From NCBI GenBank assembly GCA_012295275.1, contig CM022676.1, positions 8,184,001-8,248,000 on the forward strand: 64,000 nucleotides of DNA, in the 5' to 3' direction. Below the pieces are notes generated by a model. It was not told where the DNA came from and searched no databases. It was given only the letters and a program-made list of their open reading frames with translations. This DNA comes from Chrysomallon squamiferum. Lineage: Eukaryota; Animalia; Mollusca. A program made the position numbers and the translations under genes. Positions 19,163-34,427 of this stretch are shown piece after piece (position 1 is the stretch's first letter; the number at the start of each line of letters is the position of its first letter).

Positions 19163-20383
19163 AGTATAGCATAGTATAATACACTATAGTACAGAATAGA
19201 ATAGTACTATAGTTGAGTATAGTATAAGAGATAGTATAGGATAGTATAAACATTTTATGTTACAGACATATATATATATATATAACCACACACACGCACA
19301 CGCACACGTTTCAGAACTGCACGCAGTCAGTTATTTTATGAATCAAAAAATCTTAAAATCAAATCACGTAAATAATAATAATCACTTTAAAAATTAAAAA
19401 AAAATAAAACAATGTAGAAAAAAAAAATTCTCACCATTTTTTAAAAGTAAAACTAGCATACTTTTCTTAACAGAATTATTTTAAAATACAAATAAGTAAA
19501 AATTAAAAACGTGTGTTTTCAAAAATACATTATGATTACATTATCTATCCATCTAAAAAAAAAAAACAACATATCTATACAAACATTTACTGAATCCTAA
19601 TCTTTAAAAAAAAAACAAATATAATTATATTATTGTCTATAAATATAAGCTGACATTTAAATGTCAATTTTTAAAATGAAACAGTTTTTTATTAAAAACA
19701 AAATTTATATTCGCACTAAAAATACATTTAAGAAATAGTTTTTTTTGTCATTTTTTAAAATGTAAAGGCAATTATATTATTATATTTTATATTTGTTTTA
19801 AAGTAAACATTTAACAATAATTATTATCAATATACCGTACGTAGTACAGTGCATAGGATACTATAGTATAAGCATAGTATAAAGCATAATATAGTAAAGT
19901 ATAACTATCGCAATATAGTATGCACATCATTGGCACAGCATAGCATAGGACAGAATAGCACAGGAGGAGTATAACATTTTATATTAAAGACATATTTATT
20001 TAGATAACTATTCATTCGATCGTTTTCGAACTGTAAATATAATTAATTGCCTTATCGATCAAAAATAGTATAGTCCAGATCAACGATATTAATAAAAAGG
20101 TACCTCTAAAATAAAAAATAAATCAAAACAGTATACAAAATTCAGCAATCTTGACAAAAAATAAAAATTTCCGGAATTTAAAAAATAAAAAATAAATAAT
20201 AAAAACAGTATACTGGATGAAATCTTTTTCTCATTCTTCGATTCATCCCAATCAGAGTTAACGAACAGTGATAAATTATGACACAGTAAAAATTAATAAT
20301 AATACTATTATCTAAAACAACAATTAAAATTATCACTGCAAAGTTAAACTGCAAACAGTTAATCCGGGCTTTTTTCAGTCAGA

Positions 20384-20451
20384 TGACGTCAAGTTGTTTC
20401 TTGTTCCGAATGTAAAATAATAATTTTCTACCGAAACGAAAGTGAAATTCC
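20384..20451 (+). promoter_or_regulatory. CRE + IRF-E/ISRE + kB-like composite element (copies at 28459-28526 and 36317-36384)
   Basis: TGACGTCA at 20384 and GAAACGAAAGTGAAATTCC at 20433-20451, which contains GAAANNGAAA and a kB-like GTGAAATTCC. Retained in all three repeat units. Confidence 0.4.
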
Positions 20452-20902
20452 TGGTCCGTAAGTAATCCATTTGTCTTTTTGAAATTTCCACGTTATTTGC
20501 ATATTATTGTTTTCAACTTTTAACTTTTGCAGAGTCTGTGTATTTTTGTGAGCATTTATAAGTGTACGTCTGTGCGTGTGTTTATGGGTGTACGTGCATG
20601 TATATATGTGAGTGTATGTGTATGTTTGTGAGCATTTATAAGTGTACGTGTGTGTGTGTGTTTATGGGTGCACGTGCATGTATATTTGTGAGTGTATGTG
20701 TATGTGTGCATATTTGTTAATAAGTATTTTCGTGAGTGTGTATGTGTGTGTTTGTATGAGTGTATATGTGTATATGTGTGTGTAGTAAATATTTATAATA
20801 GTAATACAACTGCTATTAATAATAATATAGCTACAGATCTGGATTTATAATGTATGGCACCTACAGCAATAACATGCTTTATAAATATAAGGTAAATCAA
20901 AT

Positions 20903-22836
20903 TCACACGAGGAATTTTAATCGTGATATAAAGTTTGTATTACTGTGGTACCTGTCATGAGAACATGGTTTGCCATCTGACAGCGTACACTTCAGAAAAC
21001 CTTCACGTAGCTCACCTTCTCTGTTCACTGTTTCACATCTAATTCCTCCTCGAGTTCGAACAATCAGTTTATACTGTGTGTCTTTCTTTATGTCTAAAGG
21101 ACTTGGAAAATCAACATCAAAAACAGACGCGTCGATTTGTTTATCTACTGAAGATCCTGGCACTATCACATCTGTGGAAACTTCACAAACACTGGCTTTG
21201 AATGAAAATTGTTCACTTTTTCTTGGAAAACTGAGAATACTAAAGCCTTTCAAAGAGGCATTCGTGTTTAAACAAAATGTGATCGCATCATTGTACCAGT
21301 AACCATTATCATCGATGTCCTTGACAAAAATATTTTTAAATCTATCAATTTCGATTAATTTCTTCTTTGTACCAACTCTGCGGCTTTTGCTGAAAAGTGA
21401 CACATCTACATCTGGGTAGACATAGGAACGCATAATTTTGAATCCTTCAGATTCAGACAAAAGGTCTGTGGGCAAAATCTTGTCTTCAAAATATTCTCTC
21501 TCGAGAAGAGGAAAGCGAATCAGGTACAGCTCTTTTCCCAGCACTTCACGTTGGTTTTCTGCTGTTATTTCTTTTTCCTGTCGTCTGCACTCAGCTTCAC
21601 TCCATTTCATGCATGACTGAAAAACTGTCTCCTCAGTGGCCTTCAGGTCATCAGGTTCGATTATATTTCCTAGACATTCTTGACAGAGATCTGTGAAACT
21701 CTCTGAATTCAATACAGCTTCGCCGTTTACCCAAATACGTCTGAGACACGATTCTGTGAAATCGTCTTGTTTATACACGTGAGTTTCTTCGAGTACGACG
21801 CATGCGTCTTCTGTCGTCATTTCCGTTTCAAGATAGTTAAGACATCTCTTTTCTAGATGAATGACGTCATACTTCCTGGCAAGGTACAATAACCGGATCA
21901 CGTTGTCAGCTTTAAAGTCCGTTTGATCAGTATAAAGAAATCTGGAAAAATAAAACAAAAAACAGTTAAATACACACACACAAACACACATACAAAACAT
22001 ACATAAATACATGCATGCTTACATACATACACATATACACACAAACACACCCAAAAATATATAAATATGTGAACAAATATATATAAATACAAATGTTATA
22101 GTTATATATAATAGTTCTATATACACGCAAACATTCATACAGACATAAATTAGAAAGAGAAATTCAGATGCTAAAAGACCTACCTATATACATCTAGATA
22201 TGCAAGTAATATACATACACGTATACATACATATCCAGACACAAATACGTACGTACATACATACATACATACATAAATACATGCACACATGCATACATAC
22301 ATACATACATGCATGCATACATACATGCATACATACATACATGCATACATACATACATACATACATACATAAATACATACATACATACATACATACATAC
22401 ATACATACATACATGCATACATACGTGGATACATATTAATCAATAAATTAAAAAATAAAATAAACTGGACACCAATTTCTTACTCTAAAAACAAGTGAAA
22501 TATTTCTGCTTCAGTGTCTGGGATTATAATATCATCCTGTTCTTTCAGCTCTCCTGTCAACATGGCCTGAAACACATAGCTGCGCAGACTGAGTATCAGC
22601 TTGTGAGCTTGGATACGTGTCCTGTCCTCTCCGACAATGAATGTGACGTCACTGAGAATGTTTTCTTTGAGAGAATATCGGAGACTTTCAACGAGAGTTC
22701 GTTCATGTTGCCAGTTATCTGCATAACCGGAAGTATTTCTTACTTCTGCTTCTCGACTGGTGGTTACGTCATCCTCGACTTCGGTTTCTTCAGTGTTTAT
22801 TACATCATCCACAGCATCAGCTTCTGCTGCAGCCAT
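20903..22836 (-). CDS. BTB/POZ-BACK-PHR domain protein (BTBD3/BTBD6/BTBD2-like CUL3 adaptor), copy 1, intact, ~463 aa
   Basis: Exons 22836-22484 and 21941-20903 (phase 2, GT-AG). BTB motifs are DNWQ...SDVTFIVGEDRTRIQAHKLILSLRSYVFQAMLTG and FLYTD. BACK motif is EETVFQSCMKWSEAECRRQ...LYLIRFPLL. The PHR-like C-terminus has DAITF...LKGFSI...FDVDFPSPLDIKKDTQY. A probable 5'-UTR exon donor lies at 24025. Confidence 0.9.
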
Positions 22837-22943
22837 TTTGTTATCACTGAATTTATAAAATTATAATAACAGAAAAGAATATTTATTTTAAAGTAAATAA
22901 ACAACTAAACTGTGTATATTTTAAAGTAAATAAACAACTAAAC

Positions 22944-23029
<86 letters not shown>

Positions 23030-23686
23030 TCGGCCGAAATGCAGCTTTACGCGATAACGACATCAGCGACCCAGTCGCTGACGTATAAGTTCACGTGTTT
23101 TCAAATTAGAAGTCAGTAATGTTTACAACAACATCAACCAAGCTTTTATTTGTAGACTAGATATATACTTTTTTTCTTTTCTTTTTTGAACAGTGTGTGA
23201 AGTATCACGGTTCCTGATTTTCTTGCTTTTCTTGTTTTGTTTCTTTGTTTGTTTTCTTTCATGTTGTTGTTTTGTTTTGTTTAACAAATTAATCGTTACA
23301 AAAAAAACGAAAAAAAAAAAAAAAAAAAAAAAAAAAACGACTTGAAAACCAGTGCAAACTTCATTTCAAGACCCTTCCACTGATATCAACATTCACTTAT
23401 TGTACGTATTGTACGTGTGTATGTGCGTGTCCTTTCAGTAACACTGCTGTAATAGTTGTTTTTATTTTTATTTTATTTTTTTATCTTAAAACTCTCCCCT
23501 GTTCTTTGTTTTACGTAGCGCCACGCCCCGACTCACTCCTCCCTCTAATTAAAATCAATAAATAACTTTATTATTATTAATTTGTCACTGTTCAGTTGTG
23601 TTTTTAAATTAATTAATTAATTAATTAAATTATTTATTTATTTATTTATTATTTTTTGAATATTCTTCTTCTTCTTCTTCATCTTA

Positions 23687-23735
<49 letters not shown>

Positions 23736-25019
23736 CATTATTATTATCATTATTAACATAATCATCATCATCATAATTATTATTGTAACGGCGCACTTTC
23801 TTGGAGGTAAAGTTTGATAATCATTGTTAAAGAGGCCACGTGACAAAATTCATTACGTGCAAACCGTATACATTATACATACAACCAAAATATACTGCAA
23901 ACCTTCAACAAATAACCACTGTTTCACTGTATTTGTTTTAATTAGATAATTAGGTTTCGAAATGTATCTACAGAAAAATCAGCAATAAGAAAAACCTCTG
24001 TTTCTAATACAAACAAAAACTTACCTTGTAGAAACGTCACCTTAGAAGTGTGTCGTGTGTGTACATTACTTCCCAGTAAACAGCTCGCGGTTTCCAGGAA
24101 AACAAAACAATGAATACAAGTCGCTAATTTAAGTGTAACAGTTTTAAATATAATAATAAGTAATAGTTATCTTGTCAATAGACTCTTAATTTTATTTTAT
24201 GAAAAGTAAATTAAAAAAAAAATCATTTTACGATTGAGATAATTATCAATGTAACTGTGTATTTTTATTTTTAAAAGAATTCCACTCGAACTTTGACCTA
24301 GGTCTTCAGGGAAGATAACTCTTATATATCGATTGTAAACGTACTAATACGAGTTTTGGCGAAATTATTTTACATTTTCGGTAATGAAATTAAATATTTA
24401 TAATGAGCAAAGTATTCATAATAATAATAATAAAGTTGTGAAAGTTTATTTAGGTTGCATTAATCGCTGCTTTTTCTGATGATGTTGTTTTTCTTTTGTT
24501 TTGTTTTCTTCTAATGTTTTCATCTTACTCTTCCTCGTTACTGTTGCAGTATTAATTGCATTTTGTCGGTTACCTCCGTCATGTTATTATTAGTAGTAGT
24601 AGTAGCAGCAGTAGTAGTTTTAGTAGTAGTTGTTGTTGTAGTAACAGTAGTGGTTTAATCTGTTTTATTTACGCTCCTTAATTGTTTTTGTTGTTCTTTC
24701 ATTTTCATTTGGCTTTAATTTTTTGAATATTATTATTTCCATAAATAAATAAAATGAAATGAAATGAAATAATTTTTTTTATGAAATTACAACAACAATT
24801 ACTCATTTTTTATATTAAAAATCTCAAATACGAATACATTGTTTTTACGCGATGTCCATCTTTTCTGGCTGCATATATATAGATGTGTGAGTGTGTGTGA
24901 GTGGGTGTGTGTGTTTGTTTGCGTGTTGTAGTAATAAAGATGTATCTGTTGTGGTAAAAAAGAAGTACGTATTGTAATAGTAAAGACGTATGTAATATTA
25001 TAATAACAGAGCTAAGGTT

Positions 25020-25400
25020 AGTCCGACCCAGGCTTAGATTCCACCTACTGAACTGAAGGTGAACAGGTTATTTATTACCAAAGGATTCCGCTCCACCCTC
25101 GGGGCAGCAGGGGAGTGGTTCAGCCCGCCTACGAATTTCGCCGAGGGGGCAGGTCAGGTAATGTAGATATACTTGATCTTCGGGGCCGAAGGCAAGTTAC
25201 GCCCGCCTAAGAATTTTACCGAGGGGACTGCTTTTATTAGGGCAGTTACAGTTTGGGAACCTTGCTTTTTGCCGACTCCCTGATTTAAACACCAGGAGCG
25301 GTATAAGCAGCCAACCATGTATACCAAGTTGGCGCTGACTCTGTCATGAGGGCAGTGAGTATGTCTAAAGTGGATCTTTGGTTATTAGTTTTAGTCAGGG
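25020..25400. repeat. GC-rich interspersed-repeat fragment with an internal direct repeat (shorter copy at ~33240-33440)
   Basis: Abrupt GC rise, with gcccgcctacgaatttcgccgagggg repeated as gcccgcctaagaattttaccgagggg. The 3' part is missing in unit 2. Confidence 0.4.
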
Positions 25401-25813
25401 TTTGGGGGTATTTATATAGATGTAAATAATTGTATATCATCAAATGTTTCACTTGTACATAGTTGTGTAAAAATATATATATATATATATATATGTCAGT
25501 GTCTCTTTATGAATGTTATCATTTGTGGTGTTGTTGTTTGGTTTTTTTTTTTTTGTTGGTTTTTTTAATCTGGGCATTAACAATTGGTTTCTAATCATTA
25601 ATTAATTTAATCAGTTTATCTTTTACAGTATACAAAATTAATGCTTCTCTAAAAGTCTGTTATACTGCATTCAGTAGAGAGAATATTTCTTAAGAAAGTG
25701 ACAATGCTGTCATGAAACAAAATGAAAGTGAGAAAGTACAAAGCAGAAGACTTTTATGTATACACTTAAAAACCTGGGTGTATTCATGTTTGTGTATGTA
25801 TATATATATATAT

Positions 25814-25942
<129 letters not shown>

Positions 25943-26420
25943 AATGTCTACTTAAGCCACCTGTCTTTATTACGCAGTCTAATTATTTGGTAAGTATAAA
26001 TATATCTGACATTTACAGTCCACTGAAATGCAGTTATATAAATTATCCATTACCTGTATGATTGTGTATGTGTCTGGCTCAATATTGGATAAGTATTTGT
26101 CAAATAACATTTGTCAAAAATGCATCCATTCATCATGATAAGATTGCAGCATTTATGTTTGAACATATTACCACAATAGATACATCTTATTATCATAGAA
26201 AAATTGATAATATTGTTTCGTTGTTCTGTAGCTAAATAACGAAGGTGATGATTTTTCTTTTACATAAAGTTTTCGCACTGTGTTTGCTTCAGTTCTGCTA
26301 TATTAGAAAATCTGTAACGCTATAGAGACAGGATTTACAAACCCAGCTGTTGATATTGAATGACGTTGGTTTACATCTTGTGAAGTGTAGCTAATTTTAT
26401 TTTAATCAGTGAGATGACTT

Positions 26421-26480
<60 letters not shown>

Positions 26481-28981
26481 CTGTCTGTCTCTGTTATCTA
26501 TTTTTCTTCATACTGCTTCCTATGTAATCTGTCTGTCTGTCTCTCTGTCTTTCTGTCTGTTTGACTATTTCTGAATTTAAATATACCTAACCTTTTATAA
26601 TAAAATGAAAACCAAATTACTCATTTTTACATTAGAAAACAAATAAAAATACGTTATTAACTGGAAATATTTTATTAAGTTAAAATGTACAACTATTATT
26701 ACTACTTACAATTAAAACTTAAGAATGTAAATACACCATTATTACAAAATATTATAATTCACGTTGATAAAGAGAGAAAACGAAAGATTAAAAGTGTAAT
26801 GAAATAAAATAATAATAGAAATAAACTTAGATTATTATCCACTAATATTTTTTAACCCTATCTAAAAAATAAAATCGTTTGAAACGTGTATTTTCAAAAT
26901 ACATTATGATTACATTCTCCAACACTCTAAAACACAAATATATGTATACAAACATTTACTGAATACGAAACTTTAAAAAGCAACAAATATAAGTATATTA
27001 TTGTCTATAAATAGTTTAATATAGTATAGTGTAGTATAGTATGGTTCTGTGTAGTATAGAACAGCATAGCGTAGCACAGTATAATATAGTATAGTACAGT
27101 ATAGCATAGTATAATACACTATAGTACAGAATAGAATAGTACTATAGTTGAGTATAGTATAGGATAGTATAGGATAGTATAATACTTTATGTTACAGACA
27201 TATATATATATATATCCACACACACACGCACACGCACACGTTTCAGAACTGCACGTGCAGTCAGTTACCTTATGAATCAAAAATCTTAAAATCAAATCAC
27301 GTAAATAATAATAATCAAATTTTTAAAAATTAAAAATAAAATAAAACAATGTAGAAAAAAAATTCTCACCACTCTTTAACAGTAAAACTAGCATACTTCT
27401 TCTTAACAGAATTAGTTTTAAAATACAAATAAGTAAAAATTAAAAACGTGTGTTTTCAAAATACATTATGATTACATTATCTATCCATCTAAAAAAAAAA
27501 ACAACATATCTATACAAACATTTACTGAATCCTAATCTTTAAAAAAGCAACAAATATAATTATATTATTGTCTATAAATATAAGCTGACATTTAAATACA
27601 ATTTTTAAAATGAAACAGTTTTTTATTAAAAACAAAATTTATATTCGCACTAAAAATACATTTAAGAAATAGTTTTTTTTGTCATTTTTTAAAATGTAAA
27701 GGCAATTATATTATTATATTTTATATTTGTTTAAAGTAAACATTTAACAATAATTAATTAATAATATACCGTACGTAGTACAGTATAGGATACTATAGTA
27801 TAGCATAGTATAGCATAGTATAGCAAAGTATACTATCGCATAGCATAGTATGCACATCATTGCACAGCATAGCATAGGATAGAATAGCACAGGAGAGTAT
27901 AACATTTTATATTAAAGACATATTTATTTAGATAACTATTCATTCGATCGTTTTCGAACTGTAAATATAATTAATTGCCTTATCGATCAAAAATAGTATA
28001 GTCCAGATCAACGATATTAATAAAAATAAAAATTTTAAAAATAAAAAAATAAATCAAAACAGTATACAAAATCTTTTCTCAGCAGTCTTTGACAATACAA
28101 ATAACATAATTCTCCGGAATAAAAATAAATAAATATAAAAAAAAATAATTATAAATATAGAAATAAATAAATAATATTGCAACTCTGATGAAATCACTTG
28201 TGCTATTATCCCAGAGTGATTTCCCTTGATTCTTCGATCTATCCCGGAATCGGAGTTAAACCAAACAATTTTCTCAAACCATGATTAAAACACACAGATG
28301 ACACGTTACTGTGATAAATGTCTCCAAAGTAACACACGAACAGTGATAAATTATGACACAGTAAAAATTAATAATAATACTATTAACTAAAACAACAATT
28401 AAAATTATCACTGCAAAGTTAATTTACAAAAAGTTAATCCGGGCTTTTTTCAGTCAATTGACGTCATGATGTTTGTTGATCTGAATGTAAAATAATAATT
28501 TTCTACCGAAACGAAAGTGAAATTCCTCGTCCGTAAGTTTCCCATTTGTCTTTTTGAAATTTCCACATTATTTGTGTATTATTGTTTTCAACTTTTAACT
28601 TTTGCAGAGTCTGTGTATTTTTGTGAGCATTTATAAGTGTACGTGTGTGTGTGTGTGTTTATGGGTGTACGTGCATGTATATATGTGAGTGTATGTGTAT
28701 GTTTGTGAGCATTTATAAGTGTACGTGTGTGTGTGTGTGTTTATGGGTGGACGTGCATGTATATTTGTGAGTGTATGTGTATGTGTGCATATTTGTTAAT
28801 AAGTATATTCGTGAGTGTGTATGTGTGTGTTTGTATGAGTGTATATGTGTATATGTGTGTGTAGTAAATATTTATAATAGTAATAAAACTGCTATTAATA
28901 ATAATATAGCTACAGATCTGGATTTATAATGTATGGCACCTACAGCAATAACATGCTTTATAAATATAAGGTAAATCAAAT

Positions 28982-31037
28982 TCACACGAGGAATTTTAAT
29001 CGTGATATAAAGTTTGTATTACTGTAGTACCTGTCATGAGAACATTCTTCACTATCTGACAACGTACACTTCAGAAAACCTTCACGTATCTCACCTTGTC
29101 TGTTCACTGTTTTACAACTAATTCTTCCTAGAGTTTGAACAATCAGTTTATACTGTGTGTCTTTCTTTATGTCTAAAGGACTTGGAAAATCGACATCAAA
29201 AACAGACGCGTCGATTGTTTTCTCTACTGAAGATCCTGGCACTATCACATCTGTCGAAACTTCACAAACACTGGCTTTGAATGAAAATTGTTGAAATTTT
29301 CTTGTAAAATTGAGAATACTAAATCCTTTCAAAGATGCATTCGTGTTTAAACAAAATGTGATCGTATCAGAATACCAGGAAACACCATCATCGACGCCCT
29401 GGAAACAAATAGTTTTAAATCTATCAATTTCGATTAATCTCTTCTGTGTACAAACTCTGCGGCTTTTGCTGAAAAGTGACACATCTACATCTGGGTAGAC
29501 ATAGCAGAATAAAATTTCTAATTGCTCAGATTCATTTAAAATATCTTTGGGCAAAACCTGATTTTGAAAATACTCTGAGTCGAGAAGAGGAAAGCGAATC
29601 AGGTACAGCTCTTTTCCCAACACTTCACGTTGGTTTTCTGCTGTTATTTCTTTTTCCTGTCGTCTGCACTCAGCTTCACTCCATTTCATGCATGACTGAA
29701 AAACTGTCTCCTCAGTGGCGTTCAGGTCATCAGGTTCAATTATCTTTCTAAAACATCCACGACAGAGATCTGTGAAACTCTGTGAATTCAGTACACCTTC
29801 GCCATTTTCCCAAATATATTTCAGACATGTTTTCTTGAAATCGTCTTGTTTATAGATGTGACTTTCTTCGAGTACGACGCATGCGTCTTCTGTCGTCATT
29901 TCCGTTTCAAGATAGTTAAGACATCTCTTTTCTAGATGAATGACGTCATACTTCCTGGCAAGGTACAATAACCGGATCACGTTGTCAGCTTTAAGGTCCG
30001 TTTGATCAGTATAAAGAAACCTGGAAAAATAAAACAAAAAACAGTTAAATACACACACACAAACACACATACAAAACATACATAAATACATGCATGCTTG
30101 CATACATATACATATACACACAAACACATCCAAAAATATATAAATATGTGAACAAATATATATAAATACGTGAACAAATATATATAAATACAAATGTTAT
30201 AATAGTTCTATATACACGCAAACATTCATACAGACATAAATAAGAAAGAGAAATTCAGATGCTAAAAGACCTACCTATATACATCTAGATATGCAAGTAA
30301 TATACATACACGTATACATACATACCCAGACACAAATACGTACGTACATACATACATACATACATAAATACACACATACATACACATAGATACGTACACA
30401 CACACACACCTACATACATACATACATAAATACACACATACATACACACATACATACACACACACACATACATACACATTATGTACATATCTTTTATGCA
30501 TTATCAACAGAAGAAAATAAAAGCAGTAAAAAAATAAAAGTAAAAGGAAGAAACAATTTCGAAAAGAAAATATTAAATACACACATTAAATACGCACATA
30601 CATACACACAAATGTATTTACAGACACACATAGAATATATACATGCACGAGTACATGCATATGTAGATCGATAAAAAAAATACATACACACGTGCATACG
30701 TACATACATACATGCATATATACATACATACATAATACATACATACATACGTGCATACATATTAATCAATAAATTAAAAAATAAAATAAACTGGACACCA
30801 ATTTCTTACTCTAAAAACAAGTGAAATATTTCTGCTTCAGTGTCTGGGATTATAATATCATCCTGTTCTTTCAGCTCTCCTGTCAACATGGCCTGAAACA
30901 CATAGCTGCGCAGACTGAGTATCAGCTTGTGAGCTTGGATACGTGTCCTGTCCTCTCCGACAATGAATGTCATCCTCGACTTCGGTTTCTTCAGCGTTTA
31001 TTACATCATCCACAGCAACAGCTTCTGCTGCAGCCAT
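28982..31037 (-). pseudogene. BTB-BACK-PHR copy 2, frameshifted by a 125-bp deletion in the first coding exon; second exon (30020-28982) still open
   Basis: The junction caatgaatgt|catcctcgac at 30970/30971 lacks the equivalent of 22645-22769 of copy 1. Reading from ATG 31037 goes out of frame and reaches TGA within the exon. Confidence 0.8.
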
Positions 31038-31825
31038 TTTGTTATCACTGAATTTATAAAATTATAACAACAGAAAACAATATTTATTTTAAGATAAACA
31101 AACAAATAAACTGTGTATATTTTTAGAGTGTCTGTGTGTGTGCATTTCTGTGTATGTGTCTGTGTGTGTGCGTGTGTGCGTGCGCGTGTATATGTTTGAG
31201 AGAGAGAGAAAAGAGTCGGCCGAAATGCAGCTTTACGCGATAACGACATCAGCGACCCAGTCGCTGACGTATAAGTTCACGTGTTTTCAAATTAGAAGTC
31301 AGTAATGTTTACAACAACATCAACCAAGCTTTTATTTGTAGACTAGTTATAGACTTTTTTTCTTTTCTTTTTTGAACAGTGTGTGAAGTATCACGGTTCC
31401 TGATTTTCTTGCTTTTCTTGTTTTGTTTCTTTGTTTGTTTTCTTTCATGTTGTTGTTTTGTTTTGTTTAACAAATTAATCGTTAGAAAAAAAACGAAAGA
31501 AAAACACAACAAAAAAAACAACAAAAAAAAAACGACTTAAGCACCAGTGCAAACTTCATTTCAAGACCCTTCCATATGATATCAACATTCACTTATTGTA
31601 CGTATTGTACGTGTGTATGTGCGTGTCCTTTCAGTAACACTGCTGTAATAGTTGTTTTTATTTTTATTTTATTTTTTTATCTTAAAACTCTCCCCTGTTC
31701 TTTGTTTTACGTAGGGCCACGCCCCGCCTCATTCCTCCCTCTAATTAAAATCAATAAATAACTGTATTAATTAATTAATTAAATTATTTATTTATTTATT
31801 TATTTATTATTTGAATATTCTTCTT

Positions 31826-31856
<31 letters not shown>

Positions 31857-31861
31857 TTATT

Positions 31862-31892
<31 letters not shown>

Positions 31893-33793
31893 TTATTATT
31901 ATCGTCATCATCATTATCATTAGTATTATGAATAACATTATTATTACTCTAATTATTATTATTATCATTATTATTATCATTATTATTATCATTATTAACA
32001 TAATCATCATCATCATAATTATTATTGTAACGGCGCACTTTCTTGGAGGTAAAGTTTGATAATCATTGTTAAAGAGGCCACGTGACAAAATGCATTACAT
32101 GCAAACTGTATACATTATACATACAACCAAAATATACTGCATACCTTCAACAAATAACCACTGTTTCACTGTATTTGTTTTAATTAGATAATTAGGTTTC
32201 GAAATGTATCTACAGAAAAATCAGCAATAAGAAAAACCTCTGTTTCTAATACAAACAAAAACTTACCTTGTAGAAACGTCACCTTAGAAGTGTGTCATGT
32301 GTGTACATTACTTCCCAGTAAACAGCTCGCGGTTTCCAGGAAAACAAAACAATGAATACAAGTCGCTAATTTAAGTGTAACAGTTTTAAATATAATAATA
32401 AGTAATAGTTATCTTCTCAATAGACTCCTAATTTTATTTTATGAAAAGTAAATAAAAAAATCATTTTACGATTGAGATAATTATCAATGTAACTGTGTAT
32501 TTTTATTTTTAAAAGAATTCCACTCGAACTTTGACCTAGGTCTTCAGGGAAGATAACTCTTATATATCGATTGTAAACGTACTAATACGAGTTTTGGCGA
32601 AATTATTTTACATTTTCGGTAATGAAATTAAATATTTATAATGAGCAAAGTATTCATAATAATAATAATAAAGTTGTGAAAGTTTATTTAGGTTGCATTA
32701 ATCGCTGCTTTTCTGGTGATGTTGTTTTTCTTTTGTTTTGTTTTCTTCTAATGTTTTCATCTTACTCTTCCTCGTTACTGTTGCAGTATTAATTACATTT
32801 TGTCGGTTACCTCCGTCATGTTATTAGTAGTAGTAGTAGTAATAGCAGCAGTAGTAGTTTTAGTAGTAGTTGTTGTAGTAACAGTAGTGGTTTAATCAGT
32901 TTTATTTACTCTCCTTAATTGTTTTTGTTGTTCTTTCATTTTCATTTGGCTTTAATTTTTTTAATATTATTATTTCTATAAATAAATAAAATGAAATAAT
33001 TTTTTTTTATGAAATTACAACAACAATTACTCATTCTTTTAATCAAAAATCTCAAATACGAATACATTGTTTTTACGCGATGTCCATCTTTTCTGGCTGC
33101 ATATATATAGATGTGTGAGTGTGTGTGAGTGGGTGTGTGTGTTTGTTTGCGTGTTGTAGTAATAAAGATGTATCTGTTGTGGTAAAAAAGAAGTACGTAT
33201 TATAATAATAAAGACGTATGTAATATTATAATAACAGAGCTAAGGTTAGTCTGACCCAGGCTTAGATTCCACCTACTGAACTGAAGGTGAACAGGTTATT
33301 TATTACCAAAGGATTCCGCTCCACCCTCGGGGCAGGAGGGGAGTGGTTCAGCCCGCCTACGAATTTCGCCGAGGGGGCAGGTCAGGTAATGTAGATATAC
33401 TTGATCTTCGGGGCCGAAGACGAGTTACGCCCACCTAGGAACATACCCATGAAACGTTTCACTTGTACATAGTTGTGTAAATATAGATATATATGTCAGT
33501 GTCTTTTTATGAATGTTATCAATTTGTGTTTTATTTTTGTATTTTTTTATCTGGGCATAAATAACTGGTTTCTAATCATTAATTTCATCAGTTTCTCTTT
33601 TACAGTATACAAAATTAATTCTTCTCTAAAAGTGTGTTATACTGCATTCAGTAGAGAGAATATTTCTTGAGAAAGTGACAATGCTGTCATGAAATAAAAT
33701 GAAAGTGAGAAAGTACAAAGCAGAAGACTTTTATGTATACACTTAAAAACCTGTGTGTATTCATGTTTGTGTACGTATATATATATATATAAC

Positions 33794-33895
<102 letters not shown>

Positions 33896-34382
33896 AATGT
33901 CTACTTAAGCCACCTGTCTTTATTACGCAGTCTAATTATTTGGTAAGTATAAATATATCTGACATTTACAGTCCTCTGAAATGCAGTTATATAAATTATC
34001 CATTACCTGTATGATTGTGTATGTGTCTGGCTCAATATTGGATAAGTATTTGTCAAATAACATTTGTCAAAAATGCATCCATTCATCATGATAAGATTGC
34101 AGCATTTATGTTTGAACATATTACCACAATAGATACATCTTATTATAATAGAAAAATTGATAATATTGTTTCGTTTCTAGAGTTGTTCTGTAGCTAAATA
34201 ACGAAGGTGATGATTTTTCTTTTACATAAAGTTTTCGCACTGTGTTTGCTTCAGTTCTGCTATATTAGAAAATCTGTAACGCTATAGAGACAGGATTCAC
34301 AAACTCAGCTGTTGATATTGATAGACGTTTATTTACATCTTGTAAAGTGTAGCTACTTTTATTTTAATTAATTAGATGACTT

Positions 34383-34427
<45 letters not shown>

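Noticed and set aside
18810-19253. ORFs spanning the N gaps (also 36804-37115)
   Set aside because: They are artefacts of translating N.
20970-22866. Plus-strand ORFs over the BTB genes, and antisense ORFs over the GTPase, Ig and member A exons
   Set aside because: They are antisense shadows of real coding exons.
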